64,000 bases of DNA from Candidatus Latescibacterota bacterium (GTDB lineage: Bacteria; Latescibacterota; UBA2968; GCA-2709665): assembly GCA_965237675.1 (NCBI GenBank), contig OZ250150.1, positions 4,128,001-4,192,000 of the forward strand. Direction: 5' to 3'. Positions 20,001 through 30,768 of the stretch are shown piece after piece (the first letter of the stretch is position 1; each line of letters opens with the position of its first letter). A model generated the notes under the pieces. The model did not search any database and was not told the origin of the DNA. It was given only the letters and a program-made list of their open reading frames with translations. The position numbers and the translations under genes were made by a program.

Positions 20001-20921
20001 CTAAAAGAGTTCGCCCAGAATCTCCTTTGCCCCGCGAGCGATCAGCAACTCGGAAAGCCTGTTGCCGACTTCAATGGATCCGTCGGGATCTCCCGTCGTC
20101 ATGGCGCGGATGACCTTGCTGCCGTCGGGAACAGCCACCATCCCTTCCGCGACGAGATGCCCTTCGTGCAGCCGCGCCCACGCGCCGATGGGGACCTGGC
20201 ATCCTCCTTCGAGGCCATCCAGCATCGCGCGCTCGGCACTCACGGCCTGATACGTGGGACGATCGTGCAAACAACCCACGGCCTGCGCCACCCTGCCGTC
20301 GCCATGCCTGATCTCGATGCCCAGTGCGCCCTGCCCGGGAGCCGGCAAAATACGCTCTGCGGAAAAAATTTCGCTCACGTGATCTTCTAATCCCAGCCGG
20401 TTCAGACCCGCCACAGCCAACACCAGCGCGTCGATGTTCCCTGCCCCCAGTTTTCGCAGGCGGGTATCGACGTTTCCGCGAATCCCCACAATCTTCAGGT
20501 CGGATCTGATTTGGCGCAACTGCGCCTGACGCCTCAGACTGCCGGTTCCCACCACAGCACCCTCGGGCAGATCGTCCAGCTTGCAGCCGTTACGGCTTAT
20601 CAGCGCGTCTCTGACATCGTCGCGGCGGCTGACGGCCTCCAGACACAACCCGTCCGGCAGTCTGGTGGGCATGTCTTTCAGGGAGTGCACGGCAAGGTCG
20701 ACTCGGCAGTCGAGAAGCGCATTCTCAATTTCCTTCGTAAAGGCGCCCTTGCCGCCAATCCGGGCAACGGGCTCATTCAGTTCATGATCCCCCCGGGTTT
20801 TGATGACCTCAATACAAACGTTGAGACCGGAACACGCGCTCAACAGTGTATTTCTTGCCCACGCTGCCTGACGGAGGGCGAGGGGGCTCCCGCGGCTGCC
20901 GATCACAAGATGAGTCAGCAT
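20001..20921 (-). CDS. hemC: Porphobilinogen deaminase (hydroxymethylbilane synthase)
   Basis: GSRGSPLAL, VHSLKDMP, GTGSLRR, RGNVDTRL, GGCQVPIG. Confidence 0.98.
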   Translation of the reverse strand: MLTHLVIGSRGSPLALRQAAWARNTLLSACSGLNVCIEVIKTRGDHELNEPVARIGGKGAFTKEIENALLDCRVDLAVHSLKDMPTRLPDGLCLEAVSRRDDVRDALISRNGCKLDDLPEGAVVGTGSLRRQAQLRQIRSDLKIVGIRGNVDTRLRKLGAGNIDALVLAVAGLNRLGLEDHVSEIFSAERILPAPGQGALGIEIRHGDGRVAQAVGCLHDRPTYQAVSAERAMLDGLEGGCQVPIGAWARLHEGHLVAEGMVAVPDGSKVIRAMTTGDPDGSIEVGNRLSELLIARGAKEILGELF

Positions 20922-22246
20922 TCGGCTTGCACCCTCTCCACGGGTGCTTCTTCCGGGGGCAATTGCACCACACCCGTTGGTGTCGGCGCCGGATCCAGGT
21001 CAAACAGGCGAATCAACGCGTCTACATAAGTCAGCGCCTCACCCGAATCGGCCGCTTCGCGCAACCGAACCTGCGGAGCATGCAGCAACTTGTTCATGTA
21101 GAGCCTTAAGAGTCGGGCTACCTTTTCCTGTTGTTCCTCCGAGAACTCTGACAACCTGGCACGTTCCAGCTCTTCGTCGAGGACCTCCTGAAATCGCTGA
21201 CGCATAGCCACAATGGCCGGCACGACATCCAGAGAATTCAACCACGAAGCAAATTCCCGCACGCCCTCGTCCACAATACGCCGGACCTTGTCCGCCTCAC
21301 GCCGTCTTTTCTTCATGTTGGCACCAACGACCGCCTGCAAATCATCGATATCGTATAAAAACACATTGTAAAGCGATCCCGCCTCCGGGTCGATGTCTCT
21401 CGGCACCGCAATATCGATGAGGAACATCGCGTTGTTCCGGCGTTGCTGCATCGCGTGGGCGACCTGGACCTTTTTCAGAACGGGGACCGTGGCACTGGTT
21501 GAACTGATCACGATATCCGCGCGGTGCAAGCCGTCTATCGCATCTGACCACGACAACGCGTTCCCGTTCACACGTTTCGCCAGGTCCCGCGCCCGGGTGA
21601 ACGTCCGGCTGGCCACCAAAAGTCGACCCACCCCGTTATCCACAAGATGCCTGGCTGTCAACTCGCTCATTTCTCCGGCGCCCATCACAAGGGCCGTCCG
21701 CCCTTGTAGATCGCCCAGGATCTTCTTCGCCAGCGCGACGGCCGCGAAACTCACCGACACGGCGCCATCGGCGATCTCTGTTTCAGTTCGCGCCCGCTTG
21801 GAAGCTTCAACGGCCGCCCGGAACAACCGGTTCAGAATCGCACCGCTCGTTCCCGCCTCCAGGGCCCGGGCCCCGGCATCCTTCACCTGTCCCGCGATCT
21901 GCGGCTCTCCCATGATCATCGAATCCAGCCCCGACGCGACACACAACAGATGTCGAGCCGCATCCATGTCGTTTCGTATGAATGTGTATTTGCGCAACTC
22001 CCCGGCGTCGATACCGCTGGTTTCGCCAAACACCTCGATCACCCCTGAGCGAGCGGCCTCGGGATCGTCCGTCACGAGGTAGGCCTCGGAACGGTTGCAC
22101 GTTGAAATGAGACTGCACTCGACAACGGGTTCAAGCCCGTGCAATCGCTCAAGGACGGATCCATGCTTCTGTTCGGAGACCGACACACTGTCCCGGACTT
22201 CCACCGAAGCCGTTCGGTGGCTCAACCCCACCACTACGATAGACAT
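20915..22246 (-). CDS. hemA: Glutamyl-tRNA reductase
   Basis: STCNRSE, GLDSMIMGEPQI, GAGEM, DIAVPRD. Confidence 0.98.
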   Translation of the reverse strand: MSIVVVGLSHRTASVEVRDSVSVSEQKHGSVLERLHGLEPVVECSLISTCNRSEAYLVTDDPEAARSGVIEVFGETSGIDAGELRKYTFIRNDMDAARHLLCVASGLDSMIMGEPQIAGQVKDAGARALEAGTSGAILNRLFRAAVEASKRARTETEIADGAVSVSFAAVALAKKILGDLQGRTALVMGAGEMSELTARHLVDNGVGRLLVASRTFTRARDLAKRVNGNALSWSDAIDGLHRADIVISSTSATVPVLKKVQVAHAMQQRRNNAMFLIDIAVPRDIDPEAGSLYNVFLYDIDDLQAVVGANMKKRRREADKVRRIVDEGVREFASWLNSLDVVPAIVAMRQRFQEVLDEELERARLSEFSEEQQEKVARLLRLYMNKLLHAPQVRLREAADSGEALTYVDALIRLFDLDPAPTPTGVVQLPPEEAPVERVQAEC

Positions 22247-22887
22247 GCCCGTACTTTCCTGTCGAGTTCATCCCAACATTGCCGTCGGACCAGGTCCACG
22301 GTTTCCCAGTCCACCAGCCGATCCCATGCGGCCTTCCGTCGCGCGGGGTTTTCCGGAAACCGCGCCATCACCCTTGGACGCAGCCGGGCGAAATAGTCCA
22401 CGACGCTTCCATGTTCGCACCCGAGGACACCCTCGAGATGCCGCCGGACCATCCGCGCATACGCCGGGCTGGCCCCGCCGGTCGAAACGGCCACCTGAAA
22501 CCCGCCGCGCCTCAGCGTTGAAGGCACGGTAAAATCCCCCGGGTTCGTCCCGTCGGAGCGATTGACCGGAACCCCTGTCTCCTCTGAGGCATGCGCGACC
22601 TCGTCGTTCACCGCCTCCCGATCCGTCGCGGCGAAAACCAGGGCCGCACCCTTGACGTCGCTCCCATGAAAACCGCGACGCTCCAGTCGGATGCGACCGG
22701 CAGCGGCCAGGCCATCCAGCGATTCCGATACCGCGGGCGCAATCACCCACACGCGCGCACCGGCGGCGATCAGGCCGCGCACTTTCCGCTCGGCAACGGA
22801 ACCGCCGCCCACGACGACGCACTTTTTATTCCGCAAATCCAGAAAGATCGGATACTCGACCGATTGGGCGGCCATATGATCTCGCAC
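22234..22887 (-). CDS. sirC: Precorrin-2 dehydrogenase / sirohydrochlorin ferrochelatase (SirC/Met8p, CysG N-terminal)
   Basis: YPIFLDL, VVGGGSVAERK, AATD, VSTGGASP. Confidence 0.9.
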   Translation of the reverse strand: MRDHMAAQSVEYPIFLDLRNKKCVVVGGGSVAERKVRGLIAAGARVWVIAPAVSESLDGLAAAGRIRLERRGFHGSDVKGAALVFAATDREAVNDEVAHASEETGVPVNRSDGTNPGDFTVPSTLRRGGFQVAVSTGGASPAYARMVRRHLEGVLGCEHGSVVDYFARLRPRVMARFPENPARRKAAWDRLVDWETVDLVRRQCWDELDRKVRACLS

Positions 22888-22895
22888 ACATTAAC

Positions 22896-23723
22896 CTACG
22901 GTGCCAGTAAATGTTTCCCTGGAAATAGCAAACCCATGACCGGGAACGCGAATACCACCAGAACAAATCCCAGAATTGACATGAAGGCCGCCCGTTTACC
23001 CTGCCAACCCGCCAGCCATCGGGCAGCCAGATGCCCGGCATAGACGACCCACGTGACCAGCAGCACCCAGAATGCCGGTTCGCTCCAAATCCAAAACCGG
23101 TACATCTGCTGGTGTGCCCAAACGGAACTCGCAACGATCCCCGCCGTCAAGAAAACGAAACCGAACGATGCCGCGCGGTTGTTGGTCTGGTCGAGTGTAT
23201 CCAGCGGCGGCAGGCGATCGTAGAAAAAGCCCAGGTGTTTCTTCTGAATCTCTCCCAACAACATCACGTACATCGTTGCGCTGACACTGGATATGGCAAA
23301 CGCCGCATAGGCCAGAATGTAGGCGAACACGTGGAGTTTGAACCATCCCCCTGTGTGCGCCACTCTTGGCGCCGCTTCTACACCCATAAGGTTGGAGGCG
23401 GCCGCAAGGTGCAACACCGCCACAATGGGAACAACCAGCGCGCCCAGCGAACCACGACACGTGCCCAACTCCAGGTACAGAAAGACAATAACAACCAGCC
23501 AGGCGCATAACGACGGCAGCACCTGGCTGGTCAGAGGAACCTGTCCCGTGGCAAGGGCCATTCGGGTCAGCAACACACTATGCAGCACCCAGCCCACGAT
23601 GAGGCCCCAGAAACCAAGAGCGCCTCCGAGGGTCTGTTTCCGGATGAAGTGCGCGGCGTACGCACACGCGCTGATGACGTAGACCGCGCCAGTACCCATC
23701 ACCAGCAGATTCTGCATGCCCAT
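22896..23723 (-). CDS. CcsA/HemX-like cytochrome c assembly family membrane protein
   Basis: Multiple TM helices, WFKLHV His motif, LPPLDTLD, Trp-rich segment; directly upstream of the hem operon. Confidence 0.8.
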   Translation of the reverse strand: MGMQNLLVMGTGAVYVISACAYAAHFIRKQTLGGALGFWGLIVGWVLHSVLLTRMALATGQVPLTSQVLPSLCAWLVVIVFLYLELGTCRGSLGALVVPIVAVLHLAAASNLMGVEAAPRVAHTGGWFKLHVFAYILAYAAFAISSVSATMYVMLLGEIQKKHLGFFYDRLPPLDTLDQTNNRAASFGFVFLTAGIVASSVWAHQQMYRFWIWSEPAFWVLLVTWVVYAGHLAARWLAGWQGKRAAFMSILGFVLVVFAFPVMGLLFPGKHLLAP

Positions 23724-23872
23724 ACGTTCGGACCCCGACCTGTTACGGCGTGTGTATCTGGTCTGTGACCCTCACGCATTCAGGGCATTTTATGGCGCTG
23801 TTCCACATCCGCCACCGGTAATCAAGTCGCATCTCCCTGAACCTCCGAGAAGGTCGATGCCGGACATCAAAC

Positions 23873-25072
23873 TTACACAATCCCATCCGCCGAATCAATC
23901 GAAATCCCACATCTTCTACCGGGCGCCACCACGCCAAGCACGACGGGTTTAGAGGCACCCGTCGCGGACGGCAGATTGCCGGGCCGACCCTCCACCGTCG
24001 CATTGGCCAGCACGGCAAACGCGATCGCCTCTTTTGCATCCGACGGTACGCCAAGCGCATCGGTCTGACAGATATCCATTTGCGGGAGGGCGGCTTGCAG
24101 CATTTTCATCAAGGTCGGATTTCGACCGCCACCACCACTTACCGCCATTTTCGCGATAGGGCTGACGGGCAGGACAAGACGTTTCATCGCATCGGCAATA
24201 CTTCGTGCCGTAAAGGCGGTCGCTGTGGCAATCAGGTCCGCATCAGTCAGCCGATCACGCCGGGCCACGACATCCTGAACGAGCGCAGAGCCGAACATTT
24301 CCCGTCCGGTCGACTTGGGCGGCAGCTTTTTCAGAAAGGGATGGCGCATCAAATGCGCAAGCAGCGAATCACACACGTCGCCCGAAGCGGCGAGCGCACC
24401 GCCCGCGTCGTACGACAGGCGCCCCCCGGTCAGAACCCCCGTAAGCGCGTCCAACAGCATGTTTCCCGGACCGGTGTCAAATGCCAGGACATCGTCGGGG
24501 CCACACCCGGCGGGTAACACGGTAACGTTGGAAATTCCGCCGATATTCAACAACACCCGCCCCTCCAGCGAGGACCGAAACAACAGATAATCCACGAGCG
24601 GGACCAGGGGCGCCCCCTGTCCACCGACCGCCAGGTCCCGCGCGCGGAAGTCCGCGACGGTGGTGACACCGGTCCGTTCGGCGATCACACAGGGGTCGGC
24701 AATCTGTAACGAGGATCGTACCATCACCCCCAACACGCCATTGGCCTCCGGCAAGTGGTGTACTGTCTGTCCGTGGGACCCGATGAGATCCACCTTGTTC
24801 ATCTCGACGCCGGCCTTGAGGCACACCTTGAAGGCTGCCCGGGCAAACCACTCCCCAAGAACAACATTCATTCTACAGACTTGCTCTACATTGCCGCGTT
24901 CGGCTTCTGATACCTCAAGGATCGCCTTCCGCAAATCTGGCGGGTACGGCAGACCGTCAAACGCGACCAGCCGAACATGGGTATCCGCGAGCGCAACTTC
25001 GACAAGAGCCGCGTCAACGCCATCCGCGGACGTACCGGACATCAGGCCGATCACGGTGCGGAACGCGCCCAC
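23873..25072 (-). CDS. anmK: Anhydro-N-acetylmuramic acid kinase
   Basis: GLMSGTSADG, GSHGQT, DFRARDLAVGGQGAPLVP, FDTGPGN, PKSTGRE, KEAIAFA. Confidence 0.97.
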   Translation of the reverse strand: MGAFRTVIGLMSGTSADGVDAALVEVALADTHVRLVAFDGLPYPPDLRKAILEVSEAERGNVEQVCRMNVVLGEWFARAAFKVCLKAGVEMNKVDLIGSHGQTVHHLPEANGVLGVMVRSSLQIADPCVIAERTGVTTVADFRARDLAVGGQGAPLVPLVDYLLFRSSLEGRVLLNIGGISNVTVLPAGCGPDDVLAFDTGPGNMLLDALTGVLTGGRLSYDAGGALAASGDVCDSLLAHLMRHPFLKKLPPKSTGREMFGSALVQDVVARRDRLTDADLIATATAFTARSIADAMKRLVLPVSPIAKMAVSGGGGRNPTLMKMLQAALPQMDICQTDALGVPSDAKEAIAFAVLANATVEGRPGNLPSATGASKPVVLGVVAPGRRCGISIDSADGIV

Positions 25073-25314
25073 CGAACACCCTCCGTTCTTGTTGGTATCG
25101 TCTAAATAATTCGGCAACAATCAGTTAGTGATGTTTCTGATAGCGATGCGATCCACGGCAGAACCCATCCCGGGCCGGCCTTACAGTTTTTCCAAAGACG
25201 GCACGGACGGGGGCCGCCCCATGTTCCTCAAAACCAAAATCCTGCCGGGAGACTGTTGCCGCATACCGGAAGCTGTCGGTTCCCGCAGGCGTTCCTCGGT
25301 CACGGCTGCGAAAG

Positions 25315-26370
25315 TCATATGCGTCGTCCACGCTTATGCAGGTCCGATGCCTTACGTACTCCCCTCAGGAAATATCGAATGCCGACCACACCGCGGTACA
25401 TTTTCCCGATGATCTCCGCGTCCTTGACCACGCGCACCCGTTGCGCGTTTCTTCGTCGACGCAGTATCGCCGTTGGATGAAACATCACCCAACATAGGCC
25501 ACATAGCGCCGCGGCGGGTCGTCTCCAGTCACGCTTCACAATCCCGAGCAGCAGGGTGCTCATCTCCATCAAGACCCTCGCCGGAAACACCCAGGCCAAC
25601 GTAAGCGCGGACAGATTCTTCAAGACCATAACCAGTTGATTCCTATGGTTCAGATACGCCTTTTGAAAACCCTTGGCATCCAGGGTCCAACCCCCATAGT
25701 GATAGACCATGGACTCTGGAACGGAAATCACCCGGTATCCAACCAGATGAAAGCGCCAGCATAGATCAATTTCCTCCATGTGCATATAAAACCCTTCGTC
25801 CATGCGTCCGGTTTCCCGGAGACACCGCATCCGCAGGAACATGGCGCCCCCTACCGCCCAGAAAATCTCCTGAGAACGATCGTACTGGCCTCGATCTTCC
25901 TCGACCGTTTCAAACAACCGGCCCAGACAGAACGTGTATCCAAGCATGTCCATCATCCCGCCCGCCGCGCCTCCGTAGTCGAATTTCTCACGTTGACGAA
26001 GCGACCTCACCTTGGGCTGGCAAACCCCTACCCGCGGGTCGGCTTCCATTGCAGCCACCAGCGGCGCCAACCAGTCTTCGGTGACTTCGACGTCGTTATT
26101 CAACAACATTGCATATTCTCCGCGAGCAGCCTCGAGCCCCCGGTTACACCCCGCCCCCATACCTTTCCCGCCACCCACGTTAACGACCCGAATTTCGGGA
26201 AACCGGGCCTGGGCGCGTTGCAAGCTTCCGTCGTCGTGCGGCCTGTCGTCGGCGACAATCACCTCAAACGGCACACCTGTTGTTCTCTCGTACAGGAATT
26301 CCAGACACGTAAGGAGAATATCTCCCAGGAAATGTGGCACAATCACAGACACCAGGGGCTCACGGACCAT
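25315..26370 (-). CDS. Glycosyltransferase family 2
   Basis: VSVIVP, LLNNDV DxD-like motif, FYMHMEEIDLCWR; overlaps the DUF2723 stop. Confidence 0.9.
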   Translation of the reverse strand: MVREPLVSVIVPHFLGDILLTCLEFLYERTTGVPFEVIVADDRPHDDGSLQRAQARFPEIRVVNVGGGKGMGAGCNRGLEAARGEYAMLLNNDVEVTEDWLAPLVAAMEADPRVGVCQPKVRSLRQREKFDYGGAAGGMMDMLGYTFCLGRLFETVEEDRGQYDRSQEIFWAVGGAMFLRMRCLRETGRMDEGFYMHMEEIDLCWRFHLVGYRVISVPESMVYHYGGWTLDAKGFQKAYLNHRNQLVMVLKNLSALTLAWVFPARVLMEMSTLLLGIVKRDWRRPAAALCGLCWVMFHPTAILRRRRNAQRVRVVKDAEIIGKMYRGVVGIRYFLRGVRKASDLHKRGRRI

Positions 26371-28825
26371 CGATTGCCTCTTGATGTTTAACCCTCTGCC
26401 GCAGTGTTTCCAACGCCCGCGCGACCTCCCGATCGCCGGGGGTCATCCGTAAGAGCAACTCCAGGTCGGCGGCGGCTCCCGCAAGGTCTCCGATACGTTC
26501 CTTGCAAGCGGCCCGATTGAATAGCGCCCGCTCGACCTTTATTTTGCCGTCGATCATCCTGTTGTAAAGCCCTATTGCCGCATCGTAACGGCCAATCTGC
26601 ATCTGCAATTCCGCCACGGTGCCCAGACGCGTTTCTTCGTCGATCCGGTACGAATCCAGCACTTTATTCAGCAATCGCTGCGTCTCCTTCGGCCGATTCA
26701 ATCGATGCATAAACGACGCCATCAACACAAAGCCCTGCCAATGCTCCGGCGGCAGCGCGCGCCGCTCGCAGAACCGCAAGACCTCGTAGGCGCCATCCCG
26801 GTTACCCGCTTCGGACATCGCCTCCGCAAGGTACAGGAACACCGCCGGATAATTAACAAGCAGGTTCCGTGCGGTCCGGTTGCGATGCACGTCGGGGTCA
26901 GACACCCCCCGGTACTGATAGAGGTCCAGCAAGTGTCTGCTGGTTTGTTGAACGTGAATAGGTACGCCGTTCCGCCGCGTCAGACGAAACACCATACCCT
27001 CCATCTGCAGGTTATCTCTCAGTCCCATCCTGTTTTCATCCGGCACGGTCAGCGCGAAATAAACCGGTCTGGCCCAGTTGTTCCAATCTACTATCTTTAA
27101 TACCATAACGTCCTGGACGCGCAACAACCCGCCCGGCATTGCCCGTACCGTCCATTCCAGCCCGGCCGCCTTCACGTCACGGGCCTCAGGCCAGTATCGA
27201 CCGGACTGCATCACCGCAGTCCGCGAATGAACCGTCAATACGTGATCGATATACTCATCCGTATAGCGGATGGGCACCCTAGGCGCCAGATCCCTCAACT
27301 GCTTTATGTACCAGGGGGTATTGAGCAGGCTCAGGTTTACGACGCGCACATCCTTTCGGAGGCCCATCACTTCCTGTTGGAACCAGAGTGGAAAACTATC
27401 GTTGTCCGCATTCGTAAAAAGGATCGCGCCAGGGTCGCACGAATTCAGAATATTCGCGGCGTAGTCGTATGCAAACCAGTTGCCGGTCCGGTCGTGCGTG
27501 GGGTACAGGCTTGCAGCCAACCCGACCGGCATCGCAAACAGGAGGCAGGCAGCGACGACGGCCGGACTCCTGCCGCGAAGCCGTAACGCCCCTCGCATAA
27601 CCACCGCCGCCGCGATGCCCATCCAGACGGAGAACAACCCGAAGGAACCCACAAACACGTAGTCTCGTTCCCGCGGCTGCGGGTCATCCATGTTGAGATA
27701 TACGGAAAGTCCGATGCCCGAAAGCACAAAGAGTGCGGCCATCGCCCAGAAGCGCCTGCGGTCCCGTCGCCAGTGTTCCCACATGCCCCAGCACCCCAGG
27801 AGATACGGAATAATTGAAATACGCACGAAATGGACGTCGTAAGACGTCGCCTGTCGAAATGCGTCTGATACGTAACGCAGCCCCGGCGCCGGAAACTGCG
27901 CGAGGAAGTATTTGACGTACATCGTCCATATTTGAAAATCCCAGAATGCCGCCTTACGGTCGAATACACCCAGCAGCATACTTTCCGCCCCGTACTGTTC
28001 CCGGCCCAGAAACTTGATAAAATTAGCCCATGTCTCCGGATTATTCTCGTCGATCACAGGATTCAACCCGGACCGGATATAGAGAGACGCGTAGGTCGAA
28101 TACCCCGCCACAAACAAGAGCAACGCATATACCCAGATCCTCGGGTCTCGCAATATCTCCGGCTTCCGAAACCAGATCAACATCAACAACGTGGGAACCG
28201 TCAATAAACACAGCAGGTGGACGCCGCCAGCAAGCCCCATCAGATAGGCGACAAAATACAGAATTCGCAGGCTGTTCGCATCTCCGGCGCGTTCCATCCA
28301 CCTCAAGCCCAGCCACATGGCCAGCGTCATCAGCATCGTTGAGAACCCATACACCTCGGTCTCTACGGCGTTGTACCAAAAGGCATCCGAAAACGCCAGC
28401 ATCAGGGCAGCCACAACCCCCCCGACCATACCCGATACGCGGCGTATGTTCCCATCGCCGTCTCCCCAACCCAGCAGGATCAGCCGTACCGTTATCAGAT
28501 ATACGAACAGCACGGCGAGCGCGCTCGTGATTGCAGAAATGAGGTTCACCGGGAATGCGGGGTCCTCTCCGACCGGCAACATCGTAAACAGGCGTCCGAT
28601 CAGCAAATACAGCGGCGCGCCCGGCGGATGCGGAATGCCCAACGTAAACGCGCATGCGACAAACTCTCCGGAGTCCCAAAACGATACGGTCGGCGCCGCT
28701 GTCTTGATAAACACCCCCAACGAAATCAGAAACACCCCTGCGGCGCCAAAGCGAGTCAGGGCACACCCGGCCGCCGAATCCTTCTCCATACGTTCACCGA
28801 GTCGTAAGATGCCCGTTCGTTTCAT
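26360..28825 (-). CDS. DUF2723 (TMEM260-like GT-C) membrane glycosyltransferase with C-terminal TPR
   Basis: WDSGEF...GIPHPPGAPLY, NAVETEVY, RERDY, NADNDSFPLW, NLSLLNTPWY; TPR-like C-terminus. Confidence 0.9.
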   Translation of the reverse strand: MKRTGILRLGERMEKDSAAGCALTRFGAAGVFLISLGVFIKTAAPTVSFWDSGEFVACAFTLGIPHPPGAPLYLLIGRLFTMLPVGEDPAFPVNLISAITSALAVLFVYLITVRLILLGWGDGDGNIRRVSGMVGGVVAALMLAFSDAFWYNAVETEVYGFSTMLMTLAMWLGLRWMERAGDANSLRILYFVAYLMGLAGGVHLLCLLTVPTLLMLIWFRKPEILRDPRIWVYALLLFVAGYSTYASLYIRSGLNPVIDENNPETWANFIKFLGREQYGAESMLLGVFDRKAAFWDFQIWTMYVKYFLAQFPAPGLRYVSDAFRQATSYDVHFVRISIIPYLLGCWGMWEHWRRDRRRFWAMAALFVLSGIGLSVYLNMDDPQPRERDYVFVGSFGLFSVWMGIAAAVVMRGALRLRGRSPAVVAACLLFAMPVGLAASLYPTHDRTGNWFAYDYAANILNSCDPGAILFTNADNDSFPLWFQQEVMGLRKDVRVVNLSLLNTPWYIKQLRDLAPRVPIRYTDEYIDHVLTVHSRTAVMQSGRYWPEARDVKAAGLEWTVRAMPGGLLRVQDVMVLKIVDWNNWARPVYFALTVPDENRMGLRDNLQMEGMVFRLTRRNGVPIHVQQTSRHLLDLYQYRGVSDPDVHRNRTARNLLVNYPAVFLYLAEAMSEAGNRDGAYEVLRFCERRALPPEHWQGFVLMASFMHRLNRPKETQRLLNKVLDSYRIDEETRLGTVAELQMQIGRYDAAIGLYNRMIDGKIKVERALFNRAACKERIGDLAGAAADLELLLRMTPGDREVARALETLRQRVKHQEAIDGP

Positions 28826-29044
28826 GTCGATCGCTCAGATTTCGAATCCAATTGCATCGCGTGCTGTATCCATTTCTTCGAACACACACCAACACCCGTC
28901 CGTATAATCAGAGAACGCCGATCGAATGGCCGGAACGACCGGCCGACCTGGTGTTCGGACGTCGGCAACAACCTATCCACAGTCCTTCTTGCGGTTGCGT
29001 TCGAGAACGCTCCCGTTCTGTAGACGCCCCGAGACGGACCCGGT

Positions 29045-30535
29045 TCAATGGGCATCGAGGGAATCGACGTCGCCGGGTTCCATCGTGCGCGCGACAGATG
29101 CAACCTCGTTGACCGCGTTTTCGTACGTCGACAACTGCCTTCCACGTTGTCGGGTGTCTTCGGTCGCTTCAATGACCCTCATCGACTTCCACTTGCCGCC
29201 CCGGAAACGGAACATAAATATAAATCCACCAGCGACAATATAAAGGCAGATGAATATCCATGCCACGTAAAGGCCCCACTTGAAAGTCACTATCGAAAGG
29301 TAGGTGGGCAAAACCATCAGCAGCCAGCCCAGCGCGACGGATGTGAGCATGACAAACCGCGTATCTCCGGCACCCTTCACGCCGGCAGCGAAGACGATGT
29401 AGAGCGCATCGAACACACAATAAAACGCAACAAATCGTAACAGCACAACGGACATATCCCAGACCCGCTCGAACGCCTCCGGATCGGCACCGGAAATATA
29501 GGGTTTCAAAAATAGACCCGGCACAAAAACATATCCAGCCGCCATTGCCAGCATATACGCCAGGCTGAGATGTACCGCGGACCAGGTACTGCGCTCCGCC
29601 AGGTCCGCTCTGCCCTTGCCGAGGTGTTGTCCGACAAGCGTGGAGACCGCGATGCCCAGCCCCATCATTGGGAGGAAAGCGAGCGTATTGATATTAAACG
29701 TCACACTCGTGGCCGCCAATGCCGTGGTGCCCAGTTTCCCCACCAGGAGGATGAACATGGAAAAGCCCAGAATCTCGAGCATAAACTGTACACCGTTCGG
29801 TAACCCGAAACGCACAAGCCGGCTCAACAACTGCCCGTCCGGACGCCAACCACTCATGGTGTGAAGTGAGTCGCGGTATTTGGGACGCATCATCAGGATG
29901 AAGAACACGACCGGTATCAGGAGGTGCGATACCACCGTCGCCCATGCCGCGCCGCGAATCCCCCATTCCGGGAACCCGAAATGACCGAATATCCACGCAT
30001 AGTCCAGGATGATATTCAGCCCGTTCGCAAGAAAATTCACCCACATCACCGTCCGTGTATCCCCTCTTCCGCTGAAAAAGGATGACAGCGCGACCCCCGT
30101 GATGCCCGGCCCCATAAAACATAAAATCCTGAAATACTCGGCCTCCAGCGCGCGTACCTGCGGTTCGTGCCCGGCCCATTCAAAGAAGCGTTCGGAAAAC
30201 GGTATCAGACATAGGATGAACACTCCGGAGGCCAATCCAAGGTATATCCCCTGCCACACAGCCGGGCCTACCCGATCTGGCCGTTCCGCCCCCCAATACT
30301 GGGCGACGAACGTATTCACGTAGGCAACCGTTCCGATAAACAAGCTGGAGAACGTGAAGTGCAACATTCCTGCCGGCAGACACGCCGCGAGCACGTCCCG
30401 CCCGTACCAGCTCAAGAATACCCTGTCCACGAAAATCTGGAGGCTCCACGACCCCGTGCTCAGAATGAGAGGCGCCGCCATCCGCAACACGTCCTTATAG
30501 CCACCCTGTTCCTGCCAACGTGAGATCATGGACAC
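29045..30535 (-). CDS. MATE family efflux transporter
   Basis: About 12 TM; GRGDTRTVM, GIRGAAWAT, GAGDTRF. Confidence 0.92.
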   Translation of the reverse strand: MSMISRWQEQGGYKDVLRMAAPLILSTGSWSLQIFVDRVFLSWYGRDVLAACLPAGMLHFTFSSLFIGTVAYVNTFVAQYWGAERPDRVGPAVWQGIYLGLASGVFILCLIPFSERFFEWAGHEPQVRALEAEYFRILCFMGPGITGVALSSFFSGRGDTRTVMWVNFLANGLNIILDYAWIFGHFGFPEWGIRGAAWATVVSHLLIPVVFFILMMRPKYRDSLHTMSGWRPDGQLLSRLVRFGLPNGVQFMLEILGFSMFILLVGKLGTTALAATSVTFNINTLAFLPMMGLGIAVSTLVGQHLGKGRADLAERSTWSAVHLSLAYMLAMAAGYVFVPGLFLKPYISGADPEAFERVWDMSVVLLRFVAFYCVFDALYIVFAAGVKGAGDTRFVMLTSVALGWLLMVLPTYLSIVTFKWGLYVAWIFICLYIVAGGFIFMFRFRGGKWKSMRVIEATEDTRQRGRQLSTYENAVNEVASVARTMEPGDVDSLDAH

Positions 30536-30768
30536 CTCATCGGAACCGGACCTCGGCCCGTACGACGACCCACCCGGTACGCCGGACGGGTAGCCTGCAC
30601 GGCGTGGACGTCACGAGGACGCAATCTTACTCGGCATAATCGGCATGGTGCGCTTGCGGCGAATGTCCGCCTGAGCCATTTTTCTCTTGTCCGGTGATGG
30701 CGCCATTGGTAGATTCGCAGACCGGCCCGGGTCACCCAGCGTATTGTTTCACATCGAAGGTCAAACAC

